Below are positions 33,055-43,507 of a DNA stretch of 64,000 nucleotides, one piece after another. Each line of letters opens with the position of its first letter. The stretch's first letter is position 1. The notes beneath the pieces are model-generated. The model ran no database searches. It saw nothing but the letters and a program-made list of their open reading frames with translations, and was not told the origin of the DNA. The position numbers and the translations under genes were made by a program. Location of the stretch: NCBI GenBank assembly GCA_964647665.1, contig CAZYIX010000001.1, forward strand, positions 11,080 through 75,079. Direction: 5' to 3'. The stretch comes from an uncultured Candidatus Poseidoniales archaeon. Its GTDB lineage: Archaea > Thermoplasmatota > Poseidoniia > Poseidoniales > Thalassarchaeaceae.

Positions 33055-33126
33055 CTTTGCGTGCGTATGCGTGTTGTTTATGGAGTGTCGTGTCCCGGTT
33101 CACTCGCCCTGTGTGGAGGATTCAGT

Positions 33127-35247
33127 ATGCTTCAGGTCCATGATTCGGCTGCTCGTTGGCGAACCTTGCTTGAGGAAACCTGTGCTAATGAGATGACCTC
33201 GCTTGCTGCGGTATGGCCCGACCAGCGCAGCCTAGAATTGAAGTTCGATGTTATTCAGGCATGGGACCCGCAGTTCGCTGAAGCACTTCTCGGGCATCCG
33301 AGACAAATTTTGCGCCATGGTAGCGATGCTTTGCAGGCACTATGCCGTGAAGCTGGTCACGACATCGATCCTATGCTACGAATCATTGAACTCCCACCAG
33401 ATGCCAACAGGGATTTGCGCGATGTTGGTTCAAACGACATTGAGCGCCTCATCGCTGTTGAAGCGATTGTGACCAAGGTCAGCGCTCTCAAACCCCGTGT
33501 CTATTCTGGGACCTTCGTTTGTTCTACCTGCGGACATATCCTTGAATTTGAACAGGTCAATGAATTGGAATTGGTTGAACCATTGGAGTGCTCAGAGGAA
33601 GATGGCGGCTGCGGTAGGAGAAGGTCTGGAGGACAGACTCGATTCGATTTACTGACTGAGAACTCAACTCTAATCGACAACCAATGGATGGAGATTCAGG
33701 AACTGCCAGAAAATGCTCCCAGTGGTTCACAGCCTGCACGAATGCAGGTTCTAGCAGAAGCGGACTTAGCTGGAATCCATGCTCCGGGCTCTCGCATTAC
33801 AGCCAATGTAGTTCCATTCATTCGAAGCGAGAAGCGCGGAGGCCATAAAACGCCGATGTTTGATACATATCTCTCGGTGATGTCAAGTGAACAGCAGAAC
33901 ACACCTCTTGAGGAGATTGACATAAGCGAGGAGGACCTTGTTACCATTCAGGAGTTATCTGAACGAAGCGACTTGTTTGAGATGTTCACCCGTTCGATTG
34001 CTCCGAGTATATTTGGAACTGAACGACTTGCGCTCATCAAAAAAAGTCTAGTATTGCAATTGTTTGGCGGAGTGCCACGAATGCAGTCTGACAACACACG
34101 CACTCGTGGCGATATTCACATCCTGCTTCTTGGTGACCCCGGTGTGGCTAAATCACAACTGCTGACCTTTATGGGCAAGATTTCTCCACGAGGCCGATTC
34201 ACTACCGGTGGTGGTGCTACTGCTGCCGGTCTGACCGCCGCCGCCGTGCGCGATGCATTCAACGACGGCCGCTTCAGTTTGGAAGCGGGCGCATTGGTAC
34301 TAGCAGACATGGGTCTGTGTGCAGTTGATGAGTTTGACAAGATGGGTACTGATGATCGTGGTGCTATGCACGAGGCGATGGAACAACAAGTCATCAACAT
34401 CAGCAAGGGTGGAATCAACGCCACCATGCGAACTCGCTGCGCGATACTTGCTGCATCGAATCCTCGCAGCGGGCGATTCCGAGATGATGGTCCTAATTTT
34501 GACGAAATTAATCTGCCACCGGCTCTGGTTTCGCGCTTTGACATCATTTGGTTGATTCGTGATGACATTCGACTTGAACAGGACAAGCGTATCGCTCGTC
34601 ACATCATCGAGAGCCGCCGCAGAGGTGTGCCAGAACAACTCATTGACTCAGGTAGAGAAGTGGACCCTGTTGCCATGTCAGACAATAGACAGATAGAAGT
34701 TGATGCTGATGGCAACGATGTGCTACCAATACACTTGTTCCGCAAATATGTAGCCTATGCAAAGAGGAATGTTTTCCCTGAACTAAATGATGATGCTATG
34801 GAGAAACTCATCGAGTATTATACAGAAACCAGAAACAAGTTCCGAGAGGATGATGGTTCCGTCCCAGTCACTGCTCGTGCACTGGAGGCACTCATCCGTT
34901 TGGCGGAGGCAAATGCCAGAATGGGATTGCGTGAGGAGGCTGGAGTTGAAGATGCTAAAATCGCTATTGCGTTGTACAAACATTGGCGATACGAATTGAT
35001 GGGTGACGAGTACGATGAATTGACAATTCAGACCGGTGAAACTACCCGTAAACGTAGCGCTGACAGAGTAGTCAGCGGTATCGTGCGAAACCTGTGTCGC
35101 GAGAGAGGAGAGTGTCATACCATTGACATTTACAATACAGCCGACGATGCCGGTTTTGACGAGGATACTGTTGACCGTGTGCTCAGAGCACTGCAACAGC
35201 GTGGTACGCTGTATAGTCCAACTCCAGACGTTTGGCGCTTGGCATGA
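33127..35247 (+). CDS. mcm: Replicative helicase MCM
   Basis: Zn finger, RGDIHILLLGDPGVAKSQ, GLTAA, LEAGALVLAD, DEFDKM, SRFD, TAR.LE; GGAGG SD. Confidence 0.97.
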   Translation: MLQVHDSAARWRTLLEETCANEMTSLAAVWPDQRSLELKFDVIQAWDPQFAEALLGHPRQILRHGSDALQALCREAGHDIDPMLRIIELPPDANRDLRDVGSNDIERLIAVEAIVTKVSALKPRVYSGTFVCSTCGHILEFEQVNELELVEPLECSEEDGGCGRRRSGGQTRFDLLTENSTLIDNQWMEIQELPENAPSGSQPARMQVLAEADLAGIHAPGSRITANVVPFIRSEKRGGHKTPMFDTYLSVMSSEQQNTPLEEIDISEEDLVTIQELSERSDLFEMFTRSIAPSIFGTERLALIKKSLVLQLFGGVPRMQSDNTRTRGDIHILLLGDPGVAKSQLLTFMGKISPRGRFTTGGGATAAGLTAAAVRDAFNDGRFSLEAGALVLADMGLCAVDEFDKMGTDDRGAMHEAMEQQVINISKGGINATMRTRCAILAASNPRSGRFRDDGPNFDEINLPPALVSRFDIIWLIRDDIRLEQDKRIARHIIESRRRGVPEQLIDSGREVDPVAMSDNRQIEVDADGNDVLPIHLFRKYVAYAKRNVFPELNDDAMEKLIEYYTETRNKFREDDGSVPVTARALEALIRLAEANARMGLREEAGVEDAKIAIALYKHWRYELMGDEYDELTIQTGETTRKRSADRVVSGIVRNLCRERGECHTIDIYNTADDAGFDEDTVDRVLRALQQRGTLYSPTPDVWRLA

Positions 35248-35292
35248 TTGACGGCCGTTCATCCTATGTGTGAGAGAATCGTCCGTAGGACG

Positions 35293-37356
35293 ATGAGGGA
35301 GGAACCTATCGGCGATGTCGCCGATGCTGATGCTATCTCGCCCGAGGCGGTGGGCTTCATGTGTGGGCTTGAGGTTCACCAGCAACTCGCTACCGGAAAA
35401 CTGCATTCCCGTGAGCAAAGTACACTGTACGATTTCGGTATTGATGAGATTCCCGTCGATTGGCCGCGAGCCAATCGGCGACTCCGCGCTGCTCGTGGAG
35501 AAGGCGGCCGTATCGACGTCGCTGCTCGCTTCGAGCAGCGTCGCAACCGCTTCTTCACCTATGTTCAATCTCCAAATGCCGGCCTTATCGAGATGGACGA
35601 GGCACCGCCGCTCTCCCACGATGCCGACGCAGTCGATGTGGTTCTCACCATGGCGGCGATGATGGCAGCAAAACCGGTCAGCACTCTGCAAGCGATGCGC
35701 AAGACCGTCGTTGATGGCTCAAACACCAGTGGATTCCAGCGCACGACTCTGGTCGCTACCGACGGCAACGTCTCGACGGAAGGTGGCGATGTCGGTATCG
35801 ATGTCATCTGCTTGGAGGAAGACTCAGCCCGCCGCCTCGATACGATTTCCACCAGTGATGGAGAACAGGTGATCTACACCCTTGACAGGCTTGGAGTACC
35901 CCTTGTGGAAGTTGCTACTGCCCCCGAAGTCAAGACTCCAGAACACGCCAAGGAAACCGCACTTGCCCTCGGCACCCTACTACGAGATACACGTCGAGTC
36001 CGGAGGGGTCTTGGAACAATTCGGCAGGACCTCAATGTCAGCATCGGAGCAGGCGACAGAGTAGAAATCAAGGGTTGCCAGGACCTTGAGTGGATTCCAC
36101 GCATCATCAGACTGGAGATGGCGCGGCAATTACACTTCTATCGACTCGCTAACGAATTGCGTGAAGGCATGGCACTACCACCATTACCCAACCACCGTGA
36201 TGATACCGATGCAGCAGTCGAGGCTGAAGTTGCAGAAGCCGTCGAGGAAAAACTGCCTTTGGAGATAATCGATGTAACTGAGTCGTTCGTTAAATGCGAA
36301 TCTGCAATGGTGAAGAAGTCACTTGACAGTGGAGCGGTGGCGCTTGGCTTACCACTTGTTGGACTCGGTGGAAAACTTGGTACCAAGACTCTGGATGAGC
36401 ATGACTCACAACTGCCCCGGCTTGGAAGGGAGTTGGCTGGAGCGGCGAAACTTGCGGGTGTTGCCGGCATTTTCCACTCCGATGAATTGCCGGCATACGG
36501 CATTACTGATTCCGAAGTGACTGCGGTGAAGGAAGCGATGCTGCTCGCCTATTCCGACGCTTTCGTGCTGTGTTTAGCCCCGAGATGGCAGGCAAAACTT
36601 GCCCTTGAGTCGGTACTTGCCCGCGCTCGACTTGCATGGCATAGAATCCCGCAAGAAGTTCGCAATGTGGTAGTTCAAAAGGGCTCACCAGAAGATGGAA
36701 CGACAACTCCCATGCGTCCCCTTCCCGGAGGGGCGCGGATGTATCCTGAGACAGATGTTCCAACCTTGCCGATTTCTGACCAGCGATGGACAGCGATTAG
36801 CAACGACCTGCCACCGACTCGTGACGAGAGAATTCAACGTCTTTCACCGACAGGATTGTCGAATAATCAAATCGAGGCGTTGGTCAAAAGCGAACTCGAT
36901 GAGGACCTGCTTGCAGGGTGTGATGGGACCCTTGCTACCGGCATCCCTGCCTTACCCGCCAAAGCATGGGCTACTGCCATGCTTGAATCGACAGAATCGT
37001 CACGAGTTGTGCTCGCTGCTGCGATTCACGCCCGCGAAGCGGGCGATTTGACCCGAGAAGGCGTCGAAGAACTGGTCGAAGCAGCTGCAGCATCCGGTAT
37101 TTCTGATGGCAGCGCGCTAATCTCTTGGATTACATCAGAAGCAGATTCCCGCGGCTTCAAGCCCGCCGACACAGGCGCAGTCGAGGCTGCGGTTGCCGAG
37201 GTGTTGGCAGAACGCGAAGACTTCGTTGCTGAGCGAGGCATGGCTGCCATGGGTCCACTGATGGGAGTCGTGATGGGCAAACTCGGTGGTGGTGCTGATG
37301 GAGGTGCAGTATCTGCTGCACTGAAGGATGCGCTGCAGAGAATCACTCAGGGTTGA
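35293..37356 (+). CDS. gatE: Glu-tRNA(Gln) amidotransferase subunit E
   Basis: GLEVHQQL...KL, MRKTVVDGSNTSGFQRT, LEED, RGLGTIRQD, HSDELP.YGI, RPLPG.ARMYPETD; start uncertain (35248-35293). Confidence 0.97.
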   Translation: MREEPIGDVADADAISPEAVGFMCGLEVHQQLATGKLHSREQSTLYDFGIDEIPVDWPRANRRLRAARGEGGRIDVAARFEQRRNRFFTYVQSPNAGLIEMDEAPPLSHDADAVDVVLTMAAMMAAKPVSTLQAMRKTVVDGSNTSGFQRTTLVATDGNVSTEGGDVGIDVICLEEDSARRLDTISTSDGEQVIYTLDRLGVPLVEVATAPEVKTPEHAKETALALGTLLRDTRRVRRGLGTIRQDLNVSIGAGDRVEIKGCQDLEWIPRIIRLEMARQLHFYRLANELREGMALPPLPNHRDDTDAAVEAEVAEAVEEKLPLEIIDVTESFVKCESAMVKKSLDSGAVALGLPLVGLGGKLGTKTLDEHDSQLPRLGRELAGAAKLAGVAGIFHSDELPAYGITDSEVTAVKEAMLLAYSDAFVLCLAPRWQAKLALESVLARARLAWHRIPQEVRNVVVQKGSPEDGTTTPMRPLPGGARMYPETDVPTLPISDQRWTAISNDLPPTRDERIQRLSPTGLSNNQIEALVKSELDEDLLAGCDGTLATGIPALPAKAWATAMLESTESSRVVLAAAIHAREAGDLTREGVEELVEAAAASGISDGSALISWITSEADSRGFKPADTGAVEAAVAEVLAEREDFVAERGMAAMGPLMGVVMGKLGGGADGGAVSAALKDALQRITQG

Positions 37357-37432
37357 GTTATTCAGTATACATTTGTTTGACAAACCGTTATGTGCTTGTC
37401 ATTGGAACACATTTTCACTAGTAGGTGATTGT

Positions 37433-39376
37433 ATGGAAAATACCCTTCGGACCAATGTAGTAACCTTGCTGATTGTAGGCCTGCTCGGCCTCTCAATGAT
37501 GACTCTGACCGCTCCTGAGGCCGAGGCTTCACAAGCCAGAGCAGACCATTCGGTGAACATTCAGAATTTCGCATTTTCACCCTCCAGTCTGACTATTGAT
37601 GTTGGAGACACTGTGGAATGGACGAACAATGACGGAGCATCTCACACAGCAACCAGCACTAGCGGCCCCGCGTCCTTTGATTCTGGCACTATTGGGTCCG
37701 GGTCGTCATTCTCATTCGCCTTCACCACTGCGGGAACCTACGATTACCAATGCAATATCCATACTTCGATGACGGCCACAATCACCGCAGCGGCAGCAAA
37801 TAGTCCACCAGAGGTCTCTGGCGTTGCCCTTACTCCAGACCCGGCGTTAACCGATGATGTCCTATCGGTTTCAGCAACGATATCTGACGCTGATGGAGAT
37901 CAGGTCACGCTCAGTTATGCTTGGTCAATAAATGGCGTCTCAATTAGTCATACAGGCAACACTCTCGACGGCGCGGTATCATTTGACAAGGGTGACCAAG
38001 TCGAAGTTGATGTCACACCGAATGATGGGAGTGTAGATGGCGCAGCCGTCACTTCTAACACCCTGACAATTTCCAATAGTATACCTAGCATTACCTCAGT
38101 TGCGATTATCCCCTCCCCGCTCAATAACGAGTCTGTGGCCACTTGCACTGCGAGTGGTTGGATTGATGCGGATGGTGACCCAGAAGGTTACCAATACACG
38201 TGGCAGGTGAATGGAGTTGTTTCTGGCACAAATCAACTATCTGGCCCATTCATTGCAGACGATGTAGTCTCTTGCACTGCCACGCCTTTTGATGGGGAAT
38301 TGTCAGGGACACCGGTTGCGAGTGGCGATGTGACAGTTGTCGCTTCCGATGCTCCAGATGATGACGCAGATGGTGTTCCTAATTCCGTTGATGACTGCCC
38401 GGGAACTCCGTCGTCTGAAGTGGCGAACTCAAACGGATGTTCGCCATCGCAATTGGACACTGACAATGATGGTGTCAATAACGCTGAAGATATCTGCCCT
38501 GACACTCCAGTGGATTCGCTAGTCAATTCTGCAGGCTGCCCAGTGATTATCGTGACAGCATTGGTCAATCTTGCTGATGGTAACAGCCACGAGATGAACG
38601 TCACTCTCACCGGCAACGAGACCGGCTGGAATGCAACCGTTGCCGTCCTCGACGCAAACAACATCTCCTACAACGCGAGTGAGGGCGAATTCGGCATCTT
38701 CGTCGGTTCCATCGATGGTTCGCTTTCAGATGCGCAGTGGGGCGAGTTCGACTATTGGTGGTGGGGTCTTTTCGTCTGGAATGAATCCACCAGCATCTGG
38801 GAACAATCTTGGATAGGAATCTCTGATATCGTGCTTGAGAATGGCTCCAAGTTCGCTTGGACGCCGACCTTCGATGGGGTATGGACCGAGCAAGCATTCC
38901 CAGAGCAACTTGCACAAATGCAAGCCCTGCAAATTCCAGTGGATACCTGTAATGCCGCTGATCACACTGTCACTATCGGTGGGGATGGTGTTTCTTTCGA
39001 GCCGCCGTCTCTTGAGGTAGATGCCGACGAATCTGTGTGTTGGACTTGGACCAGCACTTCGTTGGGTCACAATATTCGACAGGTCGCAGCCGAGGGTGAA
39101 ACCCAAGGCATGGACGGTGGATTTGGAGTGGAGACACCGGATTCAGACGTTTGGTATACCTTCGTCTTCAACGACAACGGCACCTATCCCTACGTCTGTG
39201 AGCCGCACGCAATCATGGGCATGACTGGCACCATCCAAGTGGGTCCTGCACCGGAACCAGAACCCGAGCCAGAGCCAGAACCCGAGCCACATACGCAAGA
39301 TACACCTGGCTTCGGCTTAGCACTGGGTACCCTCGCAATGTTCGGTGCGGCCACGCTTGTTCGCCGCAACGATTGA
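37433..39376 (+). CDS. Surface protein: cupredoxin - Ig-like - TSP3 - DUF4430 (transcobalamin-C-like) - cupredoxin - PGF-CTERM
   Basis: Type-1 Cu ligand sets H...YQCNIHTSM and H...YVCEPHAIMGM; FGIFVGSIDG...WW...GISD; (PE)n linker; TPGF+TM+RR. Confidence 0.85.
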   Translation: MENTLRTNVVTLLIVGLLGLSMMTLTAPEAEASQARADHSVNIQNFAFSPSSLTIDVGDTVEWTNNDGASHTATSTSGPASFDSGTIGSGSSFSFAFTTAGTYDYQCNIHTSMTATITAAAANSPPEVSGVALTPDPALTDDVLSVSATISDADGDQVTLSYAWSINGVSISHTGNTLDGAVSFDKGDQVEVDVTPNDGSVDGAAVTSNTLTISNSIPSITSVAIIPSPLNNESVATCTASGWIDADGDPEGYQYTWQVNGVVSGTNQLSGPFIADDVVSCTATPFDGELSGTPVASGDVTVVASDAPDDDADGVPNSVDDCPGTPSSEVANSNGCSPSQLDTDNDGVNNAEDICPDTPVDSLVNSAGCPVIIVTALVNLADGNSHEMNVTLTGNETGWNATVAVLDANNISYNASEGEFGIFVGSIDGSLSDAQWGEFDYWWWGLFVWNESTSIWEQSWIGISDIVLENGSKFAWTPTFDGVWTEQAFPEQLAQMQALQIPVDTCNAADHTVTIGGDGVSFEPPSLEVDADESVCWTWTSTSLGHNIRQVAAEGETQGMDGGFGVETPDSDVWYTFVFNDNGTYPYVCEPHAIMGMTGTIQVGPAPEPEPEPEPEPEPHTQDTPGFGLALGTLAMFGAATLVRRND

Positions 39377-39416
39377 TTGCCGCTGATTTCAGACAACGGT
39401 CACCGGAGGTGACCGC

Positions 39417-41417
39417 ATGTGTGCTCGTGCGAAGCTATTGGCTGCATTTGTTGTTCTATCATTGCTTGCTTTCGTGCCGAGTGCTGAGGTCGATGCAACC
39501 TCCGCTCGTCACGGTGGTGAGCCGTGGGTAATACCGCCAGTGCAGTGGAACGTGAGCCTCGATGCTGGCTACATTTCCACGGCCCCGTTGATTACTCCTC
39601 AGGGCATTGTAGTGGTCAAGGTCGGCGGCTCTGTGCCGGGAAGTGATGGCAATGAATCGGCTGGATTGTGGGCCTTCCGCGCAGACACTGGTGAAGTGGT
39701 CTGGCGCTACAATCACTCTACAAGTTCGACAGGTTTTGAAGTCGCTCCGATGATGTGGCTCTCTGATTCACAAAGCTCCAGCACGGCTCCTTGCGGAGCA
39801 GACCGACTGATGGTGGTAACTGGCTGGACCAGCGGACAATTCACCGCAATTGACCTTGCAAACGGAGAAGAAATATGGTCACATCAGACCGAAGTCACCT
39901 CTTGGGGAATAACCGGTGCTGCCAGAGACGTGTTCGGGCATCTTGCGGTTGCTGGAGAGAATAGTATCGAGGTGATTTGTGCTCTCAATGGCACGTTAAT
40001 CGGTTCATCTGACTATGGAAATGACACAGCCTATCGCAGTGGTGTTGGAGTCTCTTTCACCTCCCCCAACACCCTATTTCGCTTCCTTCAGGGTACTGAA
40101 TCCGGTCACTTGCTCATCACTGATGACGACGGTAATCTGCTTTCGAACACCGACCTTGTTGCGTTAGCTAATCTCAGCGGTGAATATAGCATTCAAAGCA
40201 CACCTTCTGGCTTCTGGATGGCAAATGGCACCGTCCATTTGAAGGGTGATACTGGAGGGATTCTGCTCCACTTGCACATCGATGATGATGGTAATGTCAC
40301 GTTGTTGGACCAGACCGAATTACCTGCGGGAGCCGGCACCAATCTCGACTATGCTGGTATGTTTCCCATCACATCTACTGGGGAAGGGGTGACATTCTGG
40401 ATAATCACAAACGATACACTGCAGCCTGCATGGGTGGTCAATGCAACCTCGGTGGCAGGAGAAGTGAGCATTGCCAATCATGACTCTCATGGGATGTTCT
40501 GTATTCCGCAGAATACACAGAATGGCTCTTGGCTATTGTATCACGTTGATGATGGGGCGATTGAATGGCAACCGGACCGTGTTGGCTACCTGACGGCGGC
40601 GTGCGCTGGTGATGGCTTGATGCTGGCTGGCGCAAATGATGCTTCTTGGTTGGAGGTTCGCTACCGCGATGAGGACTATTCGGTGGTGGCAGCTCGCGTC
40701 GCTACTCTACTCGGCTCGCCTGATGAGGAACCCGAACCAGAAGACGGCAATCAGTCCGAGCCTACCGTCTCAACCGGTGAAACCATACCGGTATTCCTGT
40801 CGATCCCATTCTTTGGTGTCGCACTGATTGTCGGGCTCTCGTTTTTGACTCCAGACAAGGATTTACGCCGCCAGATACTGATATTCGCCGCCATTGCAAT
40901 GCTAGTTGCAGTATTGATGATCACGCCTTTCCTCACTGGAATGCTTGAGACTTCACCCGAGGCGGCGTCGAGTGATAGACAGACTGCCTCATCGTATGTT
41001 GATTGGAAATCCAACGCTCCCGAAATGGTATCTGTTGCCTTCCATTTCCCGCATGACCTCTCACCGGGGGGGGATGGGGAATGTGGACTTACTCACTTGC
41101 GTGGTAATTCGGTTGCGCAATACACATTGCCTGCTGATTCTGAACATTGTATCATTGTGGTTTCTTTGGACGTGGAGTCTGGGATGACAGTGGGTGATGC
41201 AACCGTGCAATCACTCGATACAGCCGACCTTGACCACGTGCTGGAAAATCAGCTTCTCGGACTTTTTGTCAAGTCAATAGGTCCTGCTGATGGAGGCGAT
41301 GACAACCGGTGGTGGACCTACGATTTGAACGGAGAATATGGGTCGATCGGCATCTCGGATAAGACAGTGATTGCTGGCGATGAAATCGACTGGCACTTCG
41401 ACGACGGTGGTTACTGA
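39417..41417 (+). CDS. PQQ-like beta-propeller membrane protein with C-terminal DUF4430 domain
   Basis: GGAGGTGA SD; A.....GE..W blades; 2 internal TM; GLFVKSIG...WWTY.LNG...GISD...GDEIDW. Confidence 0.82.
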   Translation: MCARAKLLAAFVVLSLLAFVPSAEVDATSARHGGEPWVIPPVQWNVSLDAGYISTAPLITPQGIVVVKVGGSVPGSDGNESAGLWAFRADTGEVVWRYNHSTSSTGFEVAPMMWLSDSQSSSTAPCGADRLMVVTGWTSGQFTAIDLANGEEIWSHQTEVTSWGITGAARDVFGHLAVAGENSIEVICALNGTLIGSSDYGNDTAYRSGVGVSFTSPNTLFRFLQGTESGHLLITDDDGNLLSNTDLVALANLSGEYSIQSTPSGFWMANGTVHLKGDTGGILLHLHIDDDGNVTLLDQTELPAGAGTNLDYAGMFPITSTGEGVTFWIITNDTLQPAWVVNATSVAGEVSIANHDSHGMFCIPQNTQNGSWLLYHVDDGAIEWQPDRVGYLTAACAGDGLMLAGANDASWLEVRYRDEDYSVVAARVATLLGSPDEEPEPEDGNQSEPTVSTGETIPVFLSIPFFGVALIVGLSFLTPDKDLRRQILIFAAIAMLVAVLMITPFLTGMLETSPEAASSDRQTASSYVDWKSNAPEMVSVAFHFPHDLSPGGDGECGLTHLRGNSVAQYTLPADSEHCIIVVSLDVESGMTVGDATVQSLDTADLDHVLENQLLGLFVKSIGPADGGDDNRWWTYDLNGEYGSIGISDKTVIAGDEIDWHFDDGGY

Positions 41418-41494
41418 ACCAATCAGCATTTTCCGCCTTGAATTAAGGCGAACGCATATCGCCCTTGTAGAGGGCGATATCTGCGGGAGTCACG

Positions 41495-43507
41495 ATGTCG
41501 GTATGGGGATGGCAGGGTGAGGCGAGCGCTCGGCTCGGTCCTCCGCGGCACTTCCGTCTACCATTTCTCATCGTTGCAGTAGTAATTCCTCTAGTGGTAG
41601 ATGATCCGAGATACATGGGCGGCTGGGCGGCTTTCCTCGCTTTGTGGTCACTGACAATGGTTGGCCCGAGTACTCTTGCGAGATGGGTCAAATTGTGGAT
41701 TCCATTGACAATGGTCTACGGTGTATTTCTGTACGGTTTCGGGGTTGCAACAGAGCCCTTAGCAATCGCCATGCTAATCTCTCGCTTATTGCTTGCTTTG
41801 CTCGGAATGCAGATTTTGCAATGGTCGGTTCCGCCTTCAGATGTAGTCTCATCTTTTGAATGGGTTTTACCACGACTTGGCGTTTCTCTCGCCATCGCAT
41901 TGAGATTGGTTCCAAGACTCGAGAGGTCAGCGCGATGGCGACTTGCCACACTCTCCGAGCGTGGATTCAACGATGAAGGCTCCACTATGCAGAAACTGCG
42001 GTTACGTTCGTCGCTCTGGCCGGGGTGGTTTGCCGATTCACTCGACCATGCCCATGACCTCGGTGATGCTGTCCAATCACGTGGTTTGCTCTCGCCTCGT
42101 AAACCGACTGGTGGGGTTTTCAGAGCAACTCTACAAAGTGTGCTAGGAGAGGACAAGGGGGAGCAAAGTCCGCACATAGGTCCGTTCTCGGATATGGTGC
42201 AATTGGGCCTTGATATTGAGATGCGATTGCCGGATGGGCGCTCCATTGGTCGGCACAAGCGATTGTTGCGCGGTGGCTCGGTGATTATGCTCAAAGGACC
42301 ATCCGGTTGCGGCAAATCGAGCCTGCTGAGAGTATTGGCCGGAGTCTCACCGTGGCAGCATCCGGTGACTGTCCACGGCAAGGCGCATCTATCCGGGCAT
42401 CCGGTGCTTGGAGAGGTGGACATCTCATCAGGTCCGTTCTCTGACTCGATTGCCTGTTGGATTCCGCAAGACCCAGACCGCCATGGGATTGCTGAGTCGG
42501 TCCGTCGAGAATTCAGTATCTCTCGCCGCTTGGCCGGTGACTGGAGCCAGGAGTCGATGCTTGAGGAGTTAGAGGCCTGGAATCTCTTGGAAATGCTTGA
42601 TGAGAAGCCGGAGGAACTCTCAGATGGGGAACAGCAGCGATTGTTGCTCGCTGCACATCTTGACCCAATTCAGCCGCTCTGGCTGCTCGATGAAGCCGAT
42701 GTCCATCTCGACGAAGTTGGATTCATCCAATTGGGCAAGGCGGTGGTCAAGCACCGAGCCCGCGGTGGACTTGTCATCGTAGTAGCCCACCGCCATGCTC
42801 GCTGGTCGCCGATAGCCGACGAGGTCATCGAGATGGTTAGTGGAGAAGCACCGACTGAGTTGCCGATATGTGAGGCACCCTCAAAGCGTACTGAGCAGGA
42901 ATGGACCCCTCCGATTATTCACTTATTCTCCAATCAAGTGGAGCCTGTACTTGCTGGAGACCTTGTGGTGGTTACCGGTGAGAACGGTACTGGCAAGACC
43001 ACTTTATTGCGTGAATGGGCTGCTGCAGAGGGCATCCCGTGGTTGCCGACTTCACCTGACCGACGCCTACTCGGCATGACTGTTGGCCAAGAGTTGACTC
43101 TGCAACATCCACTCCTGCGACAGGCCTCAGTCCTAGTCGAAGGAGCTCGATTATCCGACGAGGCGAAGCGATTGCAGATACGTCAGTCGGGACTTCGTTT
43201 GAACCTAGGCCTTTCTCACCTTTCTGATGTCACTCCTGTTCACGACCTTTCGTGTGGGGAACGGCGTCGGCTCTCGCTGCTACCTCTATTGATTTCAGAG
43301 CCAAGAATCATGCTACTCGATGAGATTGATCACGCACTTGATGATTCCATGTTGGCAGAATTGCTACGCCTGCTCGGCGAGGCTCGCGCTGACGGTTGTA
43401 CGCTGATTTTGACCAGTCACAGTCCGGACCTTGCACTGTGGGCTTCGATGTCCGGGGGTCGTCGATGGTTGATTGAGGATGGAGTGATGTCGGAGGTGAC
43501 GGTATGA
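41495..43507 (+). CDS. ECF transporter module: EcfT fused to two ABC ATPase domains
   Basis: TM region with ALRLVP, ERG and SRG coupling motifs; GPSGCGKS/LSDGE/LLDE/H and GENGTGKT/LSCGE/LLDE/SH. Confidence 0.88.
   Translation: MSVWGWQGEASARLGPPRHFRLPFLIVAVVIPLVVDDPRYMGGWAAFLALWSLTMVGPSTLARWVKLWIPLTMVYGVFLYGFGVATEPLAIAMLISRLLLALLGMQILQWSVPPSDVVSSFEWVLPRLGVSLAIALRLVPRLERSARWRLATLSERGFNDEGSTMQKLRLRSSLWPGWFADSLDHAHDLGDAVQSRGLLSPRKPTGGVFRATLQSVLGEDKGEQSPHIGPFSDMVQLGLDIEMRLPDGRSIGRHKRLLRGGSVIMLKGPSGCGKSSLLRVLAGVSPWQHPVTVHGKAHLSGHPVLGEVDISSGPFSDSIACWIPQDPDRHGIAESVRREFSISRRLAGDWSQESMLEELEAWNLLEMLDEKPEELSDGEQQRLLLAAHLDPIQPLWLLDEADVHLDEVGFIQLGKAVVKHRARGGLVIVVAHRHARWSPIADEVIEMVSGEAPTELPICEAPSKRTEQEWTPPIIHLFSNQVEPVLAGDLVVVTGENGTGKTTLLREWAAAEGIPWLPTSPDRRLLGMTVGQELTLQHPLLRQASVLVEGARLSDEAKRLQIRQSGLRLNLGLSHLSDVTPVHDLSCGERRRLSLLPLLISEPRIMLLDEIDHALDDSMLAELLRLLGEARADGCTLILTSHSPDLALWASMSGGRRWLIEDGVMSEVTV

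Noticed and set aside
33127-35247. Intein in MCM
   Set aside because: Normal length and contiguous motifs
34783-35691. 302-aa minus-strand ORF
   Set aside because: Antisense shadow of mcm/gatE with no motifs
37357-37432. Cobalamin riboswitch upstream of the ECF operon
   Set aside because: Spacer is only ~76 bp and has no recognisable B12 box
39251-39289. (PE)n repeat as a contingency locus
   Set aside because: Synonymously diverged codons; ordinary linker before PGF-CTERM
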